The translations under genes were made by a program, and so were the position numbers. Positions 28,726 through 38,818 of a DNA stretch of 64,000 bases are shown here, in pieces (position 1 is the stretch's first letter; every line of letters begins with the position of its first letter). This DNA comes from an uncultured Alphaproteobacteria bacterium (GTDB lineage: Bacteria; Pseudomonadota; Alphaproteobacteria; Rhizobiales; Kaistiaceae). The stretch lies in contig CAVUOD010000010.1 in NCBI GenBank assembly GCA_963743015.1, positions 84,298 through 148,297 on the forward strand. The letters run 5' to 3'. Under the pieces are notes generated by a model, which worked only from the letters and a program-made list of their open reading frames with translations, made no database searches and had not been told where the DNA came from.

Positions 28726-29522
28726 GCCGTGGTCATGGGAGGCGTGGTCGGGGAGGCGTGGTCGGGGGCGCCGCCGTCATAGACGATGTGCGCCTGAACG
28801 TCGCCCGGCCGGCGCACGGTCATCATGCCGTGCTTGAGGTGATTGGCGACCAGCCACCAGTTCATCGGATAGGCGACGACGAAGCCGGCCATCAGCGCCA
28901 GCGACATGCGGAACCAGAAGAGCGGCCGGGCGGGATCGTGGGCCGCCGTGTCGCCGGCAAAGGCGATCGCCATCACCGGCCACATGCCGCCCATCAGGCA
29001 GTTCATCGACAGCAATTCGGGAATGAAGGTGGACTTGAGCGAGGCGCCGTAGGAGCCGGCCATGCCGCGCATGAACAGCGCCTGGAAGATGGTCCAGCCG
29101 AAACCGAAGCCGAGGACATATTCGAGCCCCATCTCGACGATCATGGGCAGCGCGACCAGCGCGCCGATGACGGCGCCGACGAGGATGCCGATGCCGTCGC
29201 CGGCGACGCAATGCATGGTCGAGCCGAGCACCTGGCGCCAGCGCGCGGCGACATACTGCTCGTGCAGGCCGGGAAGGGGCTCGCGGCAGCCGAGCACATA
29301 GAAGAAGGCGCCGAACGGCCCCGAAAACAGCGTGATCAGCACGAAGCCGACCTTCATCACCGGGTGTTCCGGCGTCGAGCGGATGTCAATCGCAACGAAG
29401 GCGACCGCGAGCGCGGTCAGGATGAACCAGAGAAGCATGACGCCGTCGATCATCATGGCCGCCGCCTTTCCCATGTGATTGCCGTGCGCGGCCGAGGCTA
29501 ACACAGGATGGCGCGGCATCAC
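28722..29522 (-). CDS. DUF4396 domain-containing membrane protein
   Basis: Polytopic. ...FSGPFGAFFYVLGCRE...HCVAGDGIGILVG...GFGFGWTIFQALFM...YPMNWWLV. The start could instead be the internal ATG at 29474. Confidence 0.7.
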   Translation of the reverse strand: MMPRHPVLASAAHGNHMGKAAAMMIDGVMLLWFILTALAVAFVAIDIRSTPEHPVMKVGFVLITLFSGPFGAFFYVLGCREPLPGLHEQYVAARWRQVLGSTMHCVAGDGIGILVGAVIGALVALPMIVEMGLEYVLGFGFGWTIFQALFMRGMAGSYGASLKSTFIPELLSMNCLMGGMWPVMAIAFAGDTAAHDPARPLFWFRMSLALMAGFVVAYPMNWWLVANHLKHGMMTVRRPGDVQAHIVYDGGAPDHASPTTPPMTTA

Positions 29523-29611
29523 GCCCCTCGCGCCCCGGCCTTTGCCGTTCTCCGGCCCGCCCTATCTTCCGCCCGGTAGCGAATGCGAAGCAGCGGACCG
29601 GTGGAGCCAGC

Positions 29612-31955
29612 ATGGACGGAGAAGCATTCGGTGGGCCGGGGATCGCGCCGACCTGGGCATCGAGCGACAAGGACTTCGTCACCACGGCGCTCGCCAATGC
29701 GCGCCTGTGGGCGACCATCGGCCACGGCATCGTCAACGAGATCTACTGGCCGTCGACCGGCCGCCCCGAAACCCGCGATATCGGCTTCTATCTCATCGGC
29801 ACGCGACCGCTGGGTCGATCTCAAGCGCGTCAGCCGCTATTCGCTGTCCAAGCCGAAGCCGACCATCCCGCTGCTCTCCGTCGTCCATAAGGGCGAGGAC
29901 TACCAGCTCACCGTCGAGTTCCTGCCCGATCCGTGGCGCGACGTGCTGCTTATGCGCTACGCGCTGGAGGGGCCGTACCGGCTCGGCATCATCGCCGCGC
30001 CGCATCTCGGCTCCACCGGCCACGACAATACCGCCTGGGTCGGCGACGGCGCGCTCTATGCCGGCATTGCCGACCGTGGCCTGTGTGTCGTCGCCGACGT
30101 GCCGATGAGCGATCTCAGCGCCGGCTATGTCGGCGCCTCCGACGGCTGGCAGGATCTTGCCCAGCATGGCCGCCTGACCTGGACCTTCGGCCGGGCAACG
30201 CGCGGCAATGTCGCCCTGTCGGCATCGCTTGCCGATGCGACGGGCGTGATCGCCGTCGGCTTCGGGCCCGATGCGGAGAGCGCGCGCCGGCTGGCGCGTG
30301 CGGCGCTGGCGGAGGGCTATCAGCCGATCCGGCGCGAATTCATCCTTGGCTGGGAGCGCTGGGGCGCCGGCCTGATCATCCCGTCACCCGATCCGGGCCT
30401 CGAGGAGGAGGCGCTGATGTCGGCGACCGTGCTCAAGATGCACGAGGACCGCGCCTATCCGGGCGCGGTGGTCGCCAGCATGAGCACGCCATGGGGCAAC
30501 AGCACCAACACGCTTGGCGGCTATCATCTGGTGTGGCCGCGCGATGCGGCGATGGCCGCCTTCGCACTGATCGCGGTCAACGCGGTCGACGACGCCCGCC
30601 GCATCCTCGCCCATGCGATGGCCGCGCAGGAGCCCGACGGCCACTGGCAGCAGAACTATTTTCCCAACGGCGAGCCGTTCTGGACCGGCATCCAGCTCGA
30701 CGAGACCGCCTTTCCGGTCCTGCTCGCTGCAAAGCTCCGCGAAATCGGCAGCGATGAAATGCCGGGCGTCAGCGAGATGGTGCGCGGTGCGGCCGCCTCC
30801 ATCGCGCGCAACGGGCCGGCCAGCGAGCAGGACCGCTGGGAGGAAAATCCGGGGATCAGCGCCTTCACCATCGCAACGGCCATCGCGGCGCTCATCGCCG
30901 CGGCGCCATGGCTGGACGAGGCGGCGCGCGACTACGCGCTGGATCTTGCCGACGACTGGAACGAGCGGGTGGAGGAGTGGTGCTATGTGGTCGGCACGCC
31001 GATGGCGAGCCAGGCCGGCGTCGCCGGCTACTATGTGCGCATCGCCCCGCCGCACAAGGATGGCGGCGTGACGGGCCGCGTCGTGCTCAGGAACCGCAAC
31101 GGCGAGACCATCGAGGCAAGCTGCCTCGTCGCCATGGACTTCTCCTGGCTGGTGCGCCTCGGCCTGCGCAAGGCCACCGACAGGCGCGTCGCCGACACCG
31201 TCGCGGTCGTCGACCGGGTGCTGAAGGTGGAGACGCCGTCGGGCGCGGTCTATCGGCGCTACAATGACGACGGCTATGGCGAATACGATGACGGCCGCCC
31301 CTATGACGGCGCCGGGGTCGGCCGCGCCTGGCCGCTGCTTGCCGGCGAGCGCGGCCATCTCGCTCTTCAGGCGGGCGAGGACCCCATCGCCTATCTCAAC
31401 ACCATGCATCGCTGCGCCAGCCCCGGCGGGCTGTTGCCCGAGCAGGTGTGGGACGCCGCGCCGATCCCCCAGCGTTTCCTGTTCCCCGGCCGCCCGTCGG
31501 GCAGCGCCATGCCGCTCCTGTGGTCGCATGCCGAGTTTCTCAAGCTGCTCATTGCCCGCCACGAGAAGCGCCCGGTCGAGCTGCTCGAATCCGTGCGCAA
31601 GCGCTATGGCCGCCGCGTGCCCAAGGCGAAGAACACGCGCTGGCGCAACGAGACTCCGGCAGCCCATGTCGAGGTGGGGCGGACGCTCCTGATCGAGGAC
31701 CGCCGCCCCTTCACCCTGCATTTCGGCTTCGATGGCTGGCAGGACATTGCCGAGCGTCCGGCGGTGCCGCTGCCCTTCGGCCTGTGGGGCGTCGCCATCG
31801 GCCCGGAGCTTTGCGCCGGCCGCGCGCAACTGGACTTCACCCGCCGCTATGGCGTGAGCTGGGAGGGGCAGGACCACAAGGTGGCCATCGTCGCGCGGCC
31901 CAAGCCGCAGACGCTGGTCCATCGTCGCACCGGCGATCGGGCATCGGTGGGGTAA
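29612..31955 (+). pseudogene. glucoamylase (glucan 1,4-alpha-glucosidase), GH15 family, frame broken near 29797-29805
   Basis: MDGEAFGGPGIAPTWASSDKDFVTTAL...NEIYWPSTGRPETRDIGFYLIG joins RDRWVDLKRV.... GH15 catalytic region: YHLVWPRDAA...DRWEENPG...LPEQVWD. Confidence 0.85.
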
Positions 31956-31968
31956 GCCCTCGCGCTCG

Positions 31969-32007
31969 CCCCTCACCCTGTCCCTCTCCCGGAGGGAGAG
32001 GGGACGA
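31969..32007. repeat. 39-nt repeat copy 1 (CCCCTCACCCTGTCCCTCTCCCGGAGGGAGAGGGGACGA), with an internal hairpin
   Basis: Exact 39-nt identity with 32499-32537. Contains the CCCTCTCCC-GGA-GGGAGAGGG hairpin. Confidence 0.9.
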
Positions 32008-32090
32008 TGGGGCAGCGTCAACGCAGAACTCAAGTCCGGCGATGGCCGCAACGTAGGGGTTCGTTGGCGGCAGAGCGTCAGCCCCATGGT

Positions 32091-32128
32091 CCCCTCGCCC
32101 CCTTGGGGGAGAGGGACAGGGTGAGGGG
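32091..32128. repeat. inverted copy of the same repeat family (CCCCTCGCCCCCTTGGGGGAGAGGGACAGGGTGAGGGG)
   Basis: Its reverse complement matches CCCCTCACCCTGTCCCTCTCCCCC.... It abuts the DUF559 stop. Confidence 0.85.
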
Positions 32129-32129
32129 C

Positions 32130-32477
32130 TTAATCGTCGATCGTGCCGTCGAGGATTCTGAGCAGATCCAGCAGCACGCCATCGGTGTTGCCAAGGACTT
32201 CATGGTTCCAATAGCGGACGACACGGTAACCGCGCGCTGCCAGATCGCGATCGCGGAGCACATCGTGCCGGTTGCCGCTGTGCTGGCCGCCGTCGATTTC
32301 GACGACGAGCATGGCGTGTACACAGAGGAAGTCGACGACCCAAGGACCGATCGGCACCTGCCGGCGGAACTTGTGATCACCGAGACGGCGGTCCCTCAGG
32401 ACATGCCACATCCTTAGTTCCGCGTCGGTGGACCGTCGGCGCAAGCTGCGCGCCTTGGCAATGGCAACTCGCCTCAT
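32130..32477 (-). CDS. DUF559 endonuclease-domain protein (Vsr-like fold)
   Basis: 115 aa. ARSLRRRSTDAELRMWHVLRDRRLGDHKFRRQVPIGPWVVDFLC...LVVEIDGGQH...D..RD..L...GYRVVRYWNHEV is the canonical DUF559 pattern. Confidence 0.9.
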   Translation of the reverse strand: MRRVAIAKARSLRRRSTDAELRMWHVLRDRRLGDHKFRRQVPIGPWVVDFLCVHAMLVVEIDGGQHSGNRHDVLRDRDLAARGYRVVRYWNHEVLGNTDGVLLDLLRILDGTIDD

Positions 32478-32498
32478 GGCCGGCGATCATTGCACGGT

Positions 32499-32537
32499 CC
32501 CCTCACCCTGTCCCTCTCCCGGAGGGAGAGGGGACGA
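32499..32537. repeat. 39-nt repeat copy 2 (identical to 31969-32007)
   Basis: Exact match read directly, 22 nt upstream of the DUF559 start codon. Confidence 0.9.
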
Positions 32538-32573
32538 CACTTCAAGATGCCCGGAGGGACTACAACGACGCGC

Positions 32574-33473
32574 TCATGGGAACGCCTTCATCTGGAAGGC
32601 GGTGCGCTCGACCTTGTTGTTGACCGGCGGGATCGTGCGGATAAAGGCGACGACCGCGTCGATGTCCTCCGGCGTCATGTTCTTGAACCAGGGGAAGGGC
32701 ATCGGCGGCGACAGGTGCTGGCCGGTCGGGGTGACGCCCTTGATGAGCGCGTCCTTGATCTGCTGATCGGTCCACTTGCCGATGCCGGTCTCGGGATCGG
32801 AGGTGATGTTGGGCGTGCGCACCACCATGCCGGGGGCCAGCGTGATCTCCATGCCGCCGGCGCCGAGCTTGCTCATGTCGGGCCCCTTGGGTCCCATCGG
32901 CGTATGGCATTCGAAGCAATGCGCCTGGGCGGTCACGATATAGCGGCCATAGGCCACCTTGTCGGTCTTCGGCGGGGCCGGCAGGCCTTTCGCCGGGGGC
33001 ATCGCCTGTTGCGGGATCTTCCAGGTCGATTCCGCCACGGCGTTGTGGACCGGCTCCAGCGTCCGCAGATAGGCGACGACGGCCTTCACGTCGTCGTCCG
33101 ACAGGTTGTTGTAGGTGGGCACCGGCATCGGCGGGAAGATGATGCGGCCCTCATCGTCGACGCCCTCGCGGATCGCCTTGATGATCTGCGCGTCCGTCCA
33201 GTTGCCGATGCCGGTCTCCTTGTCCGGCGTGATGTTGGCCGCATAGACGTCAAAGGCGGGGTCGACGAGATGGAAGCCGCCGGCGAATTCCTTGCCGGGC
33301 TCGATTGAAAAGTCCTTGGCGCGTGTGCCGTGGCAGTTGGAGCAAGCCATCGGACCGTTGACCAGATAGTCGCCGCGTTTGACCAGCGCGTCCTGGTCCT
33401 GGGCTCCGGCCGGCGGGCCGAAGGCAATCATCAGGGCCGCGGCGGCGGCCAAGCAAAAGAAACCCTTCGTCAC
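32574..33473 (-). CDS. dihaem c-type cytochrome
   Basis: Two CxxCH motifs (CSNCH, CFECH) and repeated ITPDKETGIGNWTD / ITSDPETGIGKWTD modules. GTG start at 33473 sits 7 nt after GGGGGAGG. Signal peptide present. Confidence 0.8.
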   Translation of the reverse strand: MTKGFFCLAAAAALMIAFGPPAGAQDQDALVKRGDYLVNGPMACSNCHGTRAKDFSIEPGKEFAGGFHLVDPAFDVYAANITPDKETGIGNWTDAQIIKAIREGVDDEGRIIFPPMPVPTYNNLSDDDVKAVVAYLRTLEPVHNAVAESTWKIPQQAMPPAKGLPAPPKTDKVAYGRYIVTAQAHCFECHTPMGPKGPDMSKLGAGGMEITLAPGMVVRTPNITSDPETGIGKWTDQQIKDALIKGVTPTGQHLSPPMPFPWFKNMTPEDIDAVVAFIRTIPPVNNKVERTAFQMKAFP

Positions 33474-33933
33474 GAAAGTTCCTCCCCCTTTTCGCCGCTC
33501 GACGGAGATGCCGGGAGCGCGAAGCCACTTCCCTACATTGGGATCATACCAGAGAAGCAAGTTTTGCACATCTGTATGCAGGCAAGCTGTCGATCCCAGG
33601 CGTGCGTTCCGCGAAGAAATCAAGAAAACGGAATAACATATGGCGTTTAAATGAAATTGTTGTTTTCAACCACCGTGGTATTCGCTCAACTTCTTGTTGA
33701 GTGTGGCGACATTCCGCAAAAATAGGCGCCAGTCAATGAACCTCGGCACTCGCCTTTAGCTGTTTCGTTCGCCATAGTCCGGCGATGCTGCCGCGCAAGT
33801 CCGAAATCCCCGCAGTGCCGCAAGAGCCGTGGAACGCCGAAGGCGCGACGGGGACGATGAACGGGCGCCCGGTCAGGATGTCCTGCCATGCCTTCATGGG
33901 CGGCGGGCCGTTTGACCGGCGACGCCGCTCTGC

Positions 33934-35139
33934 ATGACCGCCGACATCTCCGCCGCACCCGCCCCGGGCTTCTGGCGCGACATCACCCTGGCGCACGTCG
34001 CCAATGCCACGGTCGGGTTCCTGTTCGCGGCCTCCGGCCCGCTGGCGATCATCCTGGCGACCGGCAGAAGCGGCGGCCTGTCGGAGGTCGAGATCGCCTC
34101 CTGGGTGTTCGGCTCGCTCGCCTTCAACGGCGCGCTCAGCATCGGCTTCTGCCTCGTCTGGCGTCAGCCGCTGGTCTTCTTCTGGACCATTCCCGGCACC
34201 GTGCTGGTCGGCCCCGCCCTCGGCCACCTCACTTTCCCCGAGGTGGTCGGCGCCTACATCGCCACCGGCCTGCTGATGCTGGTGCTGGGCGCGTTCGGCC
34301 TGGTGCGGCGCGCCATGGCGCTGGTGCCGATGCCGATCGTCATGGGCATGGTGGCGGGCGTGTTCCTGCAGTTCGGTCTCGACTGGATACGTGCCCTCCA
34401 GGCCGACCCATTGATTGCCGGCACCATGACCGTCGCCTTCCTGCTGGCGAGCGCCGCCCCGCTGCTGGCAGCACGCGTGCCGCCCTTGCTCATCGCGCTG
34501 GTTGCCGGCGCTGCAGTGATCTGGGCCGCCGGCAGTTTCGCGCCCGGGTCGGAAGCGACCGGCATCATCGCCGCGCCGGCGCTGCAGCTGCCAAAGGTCT
34601 CGTGGACTGCGATGGCCGAACTGGTCGTGCCGCTCGCCATCACCGTGCTGGTGGTGCAGAACGGGCAGGGCGTCGCCGTGCTGAGTGCCGCCGGCCACGA
34701 CGCGCCGGTCAACGCCATCGCGGTCGGCTGCGGCGCCGTTTCGATCGTCTCGGCCTTCGTCGGCGCGGTGTCGACCTGCCTCACCGGACCGGTCAATGCC
34801 ATCATCGCCGCGGGCGAGCGGCGCACGCAGTACACGGCGGGCGTCGTGGTCGGCCTGCTCGCCATCCTGTTCGGGCTGTTTGCGCCACTGGTGACGTGGT
34901 TGATGCTGGCTGCCCCGCGGGCCTTCATCGCCACGCTGGCGGGCCTCGCCATGCTGCGCGTGTTGCACGCGGCGTTCACCATCTCCTTCCGCGGTCCGTT
35001 CGCGCTGGGGGCGCTGGTGACATTCCTGGTGACGGTGGCCGGCATCCCGATTCTCGACATCGGCGCACCGTTCTGGGCGCTGATCGCCGGCTCCGCCGTC
35101 TCGCTGCTGCTGGAGCGCGGCGATTGGCAGGCGCGGTGA
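33934..35139 (+). CDS. benE: benzoate/H+ symporter BenE family transporter
   Basis: 401 aa, about 12 TM helices. ...VANATVGFLFAASGPLAIIL... and ...VVQNGQGVAVL... are typical of BenE. Confidence 0.8.
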   Translation: MTADISAAPAPGFWRDITLAHVANATVGFLFAASGPLAIILATGRSGGLSEVEIASWVFGSLAFNGALSIGFCLVWRQPLVFFWTIPGTVLVGPALGHLTFPEVVGAYIATGLLMLVLGAFGLVRRAMALVPMPIVMGMVAGVFLQFGLDWIRALQADPLIAGTMTVAFLLASAAPLLAARVPPLLIALVAGAAVIWAAGSFAPGSEATGIIAAPALQLPKVSWTAMAELVVPLAITVLVVQNGQGVAVLSAAGHDAPVNAIAVGCGAVSIVSAFVGAVSTCLTGPVNAIIAAGERRTQYTAGVVVGLLAILFGLFAPLVTWLMLAAPRAFIATLAGLAMLRVLHAAFTISFRGPFALGALVTFLVTVAGIPILDIGAPFWALIAGSAVSLLLERGDWQAR

Positions 35140-35265
35140 TAGGGCGAGGGAGCTCGATTGGAGTCCCGGCGCTGACCGGCTCCTGACATCCCCCTGTCAA
35201 CAAGTCGCTCGCGCGCCTCGCCGCGACCACTCGCCTTTGACCAATTCATCCCCCATATTCGGGCC

Positions 35266-38026
35266 ATGCCACCACGCAAATCCGGATTCTCAGAAGCGCC
35301 CCCGGCGAACTACAAGTCATCGCGCGGCACCTCCATGGGCGGGCTGGGCTCGGCCAAGGAGCGCGCCGCCGTCGGCCTCAACCCGGTGGCCGGCCTCGAT
35401 GTCGACCTGGAGGATGTCGGCGGCCTGCCGCAGAACGCCGTCACCGCCACGGTCGAGGCGCTGTCGGCGCTGATCGAGAGCGGCCGGCCGGAGTTCCGCG
35501 ACAAGACCTGGGTGCCGCACCGGCCGCCGCGGCCGGAGAAGTCGGAAGGCGGCGTGCCGCTGAAGATCGTCTCGGAGCTGACGCCGAAGGGCGACCAGCC
35601 GACGGCGATCGCCGAGCTGGTCGCCGGCATCGAAGGCCAGGAGCGCGACCAGGTGCTGCTCGGCGTCACCGGCTCGGGCAAGACCTACACCATGGCCAAG
35701 GTGATCGAGGCGACGCAGCGCCCGGCGCTCGATCCTGGCGCCCAACAAGACGCTCGCCGCCCAGCTCTATGGCGAGTTCAAGTCGTTCTTCCCGGAAAAC
35801 GCGGTCGAGTATTTCGTCTCCTATTACGACTACTACCAGCCGGAGGCCTACGTCCCGCGCACCGACACCTATATCGAGAAGGAATCCTCCATCAACGAGC
35901 AGATCGACCGCATGCGCCACTCGGCGACGCGCTCGCTGCTCGAACGCGACGACGTCATCATCGTCGCCTCGGTGTCGTGCATCTACGGCATCGGCTCGGT
36001 CGAGACCTATACGGCGATGACCTTCGCGCTCACCGTCGGCGAGCGCATCGACCAGCGCCAGCTTCTCGCCGATCTGGTGGCGCTGCACTACAAGCGCGCC
36101 GACGCCGATTTCCGCCGCGGCACCTTCCGCGTGCGCGGCGACACCGTCGACCTGTTCCCGGCCCATCTCGAAGACCGCGCCTGGCGCGTCGCACTGTTCG
36201 GCGACGAGATCGAATCGATCACCGAGTTCGATCCGCTGACCGGCCAGAAGGCCGGCAACCTCAAACAGGTCAAGGTCTACGCCAATTCGCACTATGTCAC
36301 GCCGCGGCCGACGCTGGCCCAGGCGGTGAAGAGCATCAAGGAGGAGCTCAAGCTGCGCCTCGAAGAGCTGACCCATGCCGGGCGCCTGCTCGAAGCGCAG
36401 CGGCTGGAGCAGCGCTGCCGCTTCGACATCGAGATGATCGAGGCGACCGGCTCCTGCGCCGGCATCGAGAACTATTCGCGCTATCTCACCGGCCGCAAGC
36501 CGGGCGAGCCGCCGCCGACGCTCTTCGAATATCTGCCCGACAACGCGCTGGTCTTCGTCGACGAGAGCCATGTCACGGTGCCGCAGATCGGCGGCATGTA
36601 TCGCGGCGATTTTCGCCGCAAGGCGACGCTCGCCGAATACGGCTTCCGCTTGCCGTCCTGCATGGACAACCGGCCGCTGCGCTTCGAGGAATGGGACCTC
36701 ATGCGCCCGCAGACGACCTATGTCTCGGCGACGCCGAGCGGCTGGGAGATGGAGCGCACGGGGGGCGTCTTCGCCGAGCAGGTGATCCGCCCGACCGGCC
36801 TCATCGACCCGCCGGTCGAGGTGCGCCCCGCCAAGGCCCAGGTCGACGATGTCCTCGGCGAAATCCGCGAGACGGCGCTCAAGGGCTACCGCACGCTGGT
36901 CACCGTGCTCACCAAGCGCATGGCCGAGGATCTCACCGAATATCTCCACGAGCAGGGCGTGCGCGTGCGCTACATGCATTCCGACGTCGAGACGCTGGAG
37001 CGCATCGAGATCATCCGCGACCTCAGGCTCGGCGCCTTCGACGTGCTGGTCGGCATCAACCTCTTGCGCGAGGGTCTGGACATTCCCGAATGCGCGCTGG
37101 TCGCCATCCTCGATGCCGACAAGGAAGGCTTCCTGCGCTCGGAAACCTCGCTCGTCCAGACCATCGGGCGCGCCGCGCGCAATGTCGACAGCAAGGTCAT
37201 CCTCTACGCCGACCGGATCACCGGCTCGATGGAGCGGGCGATGGCCGAGACCGCCCGCCGACGCGAGAAGCAGATGGAATACAATGCCGCCAACGGCATC
37301 ACCCCGGAGAGCATCAAGAAGCAGATCGGCGATATCATGTCGTCGGTCTACGAGCGCGACCATGTCATCGTGCCGACCGGCCTGGCGGAAGAAGGCGCCG
37401 TCATCGGCCACAATTTCAAGGCGACGCTGGCCGACCTCGAGAAGCGCATGCGCGATGCCGCCGCCGACCTCGAATTCGAGGAGGCGGCGCGGCTGCGCGA
37501 CGAGATCAAGCGGCTGGAGCAGATGGAGCTCGCCGTCGCCGACGACCCGCTCGCCCGCAATCCGGGGGACCAATCGCCCGCTTCGCAACGGGGCTCCACC
37601 TCTCCCATGGGGAGAGGTCGGCGCGCAGCGCCGGGTGAGGGGGTACGACGCGGCGAGGATACCTCAACCGCCGAGGCAGACTCCCCTCCCTCCCGCGAAG
37701 CGGCGAGGGTGGCCGGCGAAGCCGGACGGGTGGGGGGCTCGCGCGCCCGCAAGAATTCCTTGGACGAGATGACAGTCCGCCGCACCGAGATCCCGGTCCA
37801 GGGCGAGCGCCCGAAGAAGCCGTCGATTGACTATATGGGCCCCGGCACCGACCGCGAGACGCCGATGCCCCAAACATCAACGTCGAAGACGCGCCCGCAC
37901 GCGCCCTCGCTCAAAGAGACGCACGAATACGACTTCATCCCGGCGCCGCAGGACAAGCGCCCATCCCCGCGCTCCTTCGGCGGCAAGCCCGGCAGCCCGG
38001 TCGGGCGGGGAAAGCGGAGACGGTAG
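35266..38026 (+). pseudogene. uvrB: excinuclease ABC subunit B with a long C-terminal extension, frame broken at about 35731
   Basis: ...[23 protein letters not shown] joins [40 protein letters not shown]... after removing one G in GCGCTC-G-ATCCTG. Helicase motifs and the UVR domain ([16 protein letters not shown]) are present. Confidence 0.9.
37590..37645. repeat. copy of the CCTCTCC/GGAGAGG...GGGTGAGGGG repeat family, embedded in-frame in the uvrB tail
   Basis: CCTCTCC-CATGG-GGAGAGG hairpin at 37599-37617, followed by CCGGGTGAGGGGG. Translated as ...[16 protein letters not shown].... Confidence 0.6.
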
Positions 38027-38051
38027 CACCCTGTCAGACATCGGTCCGATC

Positions 38052-38255
38052 ATGGACTCGCCGCTGGGCTGGGCGGTCGTCATCCTTGTGCTGGGATGGC
38101 CGGTGCTGCTCGCCGGCGGCATTGTCGGGCTGATCATCGGCTGGCTGATCCTGCGCAGGACGCGGCCCTGGCTCGGGTCGATCGTCGGCATGCTGGCCGG
38201 CCTGGTCCTCGGCGTGATCGGCTTCTTCGCTTATGCTGGTTTGATCGCGCCGTAG
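38052..38255 (+). CDS. 67-aa two-helix membrane protein
   Basis: MDSPLGWAVVILVLGWPVLLAGGIVGLIIGWLILRRTRPWLGSIVGMLAGLVLGVIGFFAYAGLIAP. Immediately downstream of uvrB. Confidence 0.45.
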   Translation: MDSPLGWAVVILVLGWPVLLAGGIVGLIIGWLILRRTRPWLGSIVGMLAGLVLGVIGFFAYAGLIAP

Positions 38256-38294
38256 CAGGCTCGACAGCCCGGTCGGCCGCGGCAAGAGGAGACG

Positions 38295-38654
38295 GTGACG
38301 GCAATGCGTCTTGTGATGATTGCGGTTCTTGCGAGCGTGGCGCTGGCGCCATCGGCCTTTGCGGCCCCCGCCTCGACGGCGACCTGCGACGCCGACCTCG
38401 CCGCCGTCGATGCCAGCTTCGCCGAGACGCAGGCGCGGCTCGACAAGGCGGCGAGCGCCGATCAGGCGGAGAAGTGCGCCGCGATCCGCCATCATGTCGA
38501 GGTGATGGCGAACGGCATCGCCGTGTTCCGGCGTTGCCTGCCGGAGGGTCACGACAGGCAAGAGAATATCGGCCAGCTCGCCGGGTCGATTGCCGATTTC
38601 CTCGGCATCAACGATTCGCTCGGCTGCCCGCCGATCGATCCGCCGAAGGATTAG
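38295..38654 (+). CDS. secreted hypothetical protein (4 Cys)
   Basis: Signal peptide MTAMRLVMIAVLASVALAPSAFA. No family recognised. Confidence 0.5.
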   Translation: MTAMRLVMIAVLASVALAPSAFAAPASTATCDADLAAVDASFAETQARLDKAASADQAEKCAAIRHHVEVMANGIAVFRRCLPEGHDRQENIGQLAGSIADFLGINDSLGCPPIDPPKD

Positions 38655-38818
38655 GCCGGTCGCACCCTCGGGTGGCGTTTGGCACGCTTTGCCGCTGGCC
38701 TCGCCGGTTCCTGTGGAGGGGGCGCGGTTCTGCGCCGCCCTCAGGCCATGGTCGCGACAGCACTTGTTGCCTGGCAAGAGCGGGCGGGCATGCGCGCTGC
38801 GGCTGCGGCGCGACCGCC

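Noticed and set aside
28722-28770. Possible frame break extending DUF4396 into the His/Met-rich sequence.
   Set aside because: Joining the frames would need a deletion or a 2-nt insertion, unlike every other break in the window. An ATGA stop/start overlap gives a clean coupled small ORF instead.
31956-32537. Calling the DUF559 cassette an insertion sequence or MITE.
   Set aside because: No transposase, no target-site duplication could be verified, and the repeats are also found singly elsewhere. It is reported as a finding only.
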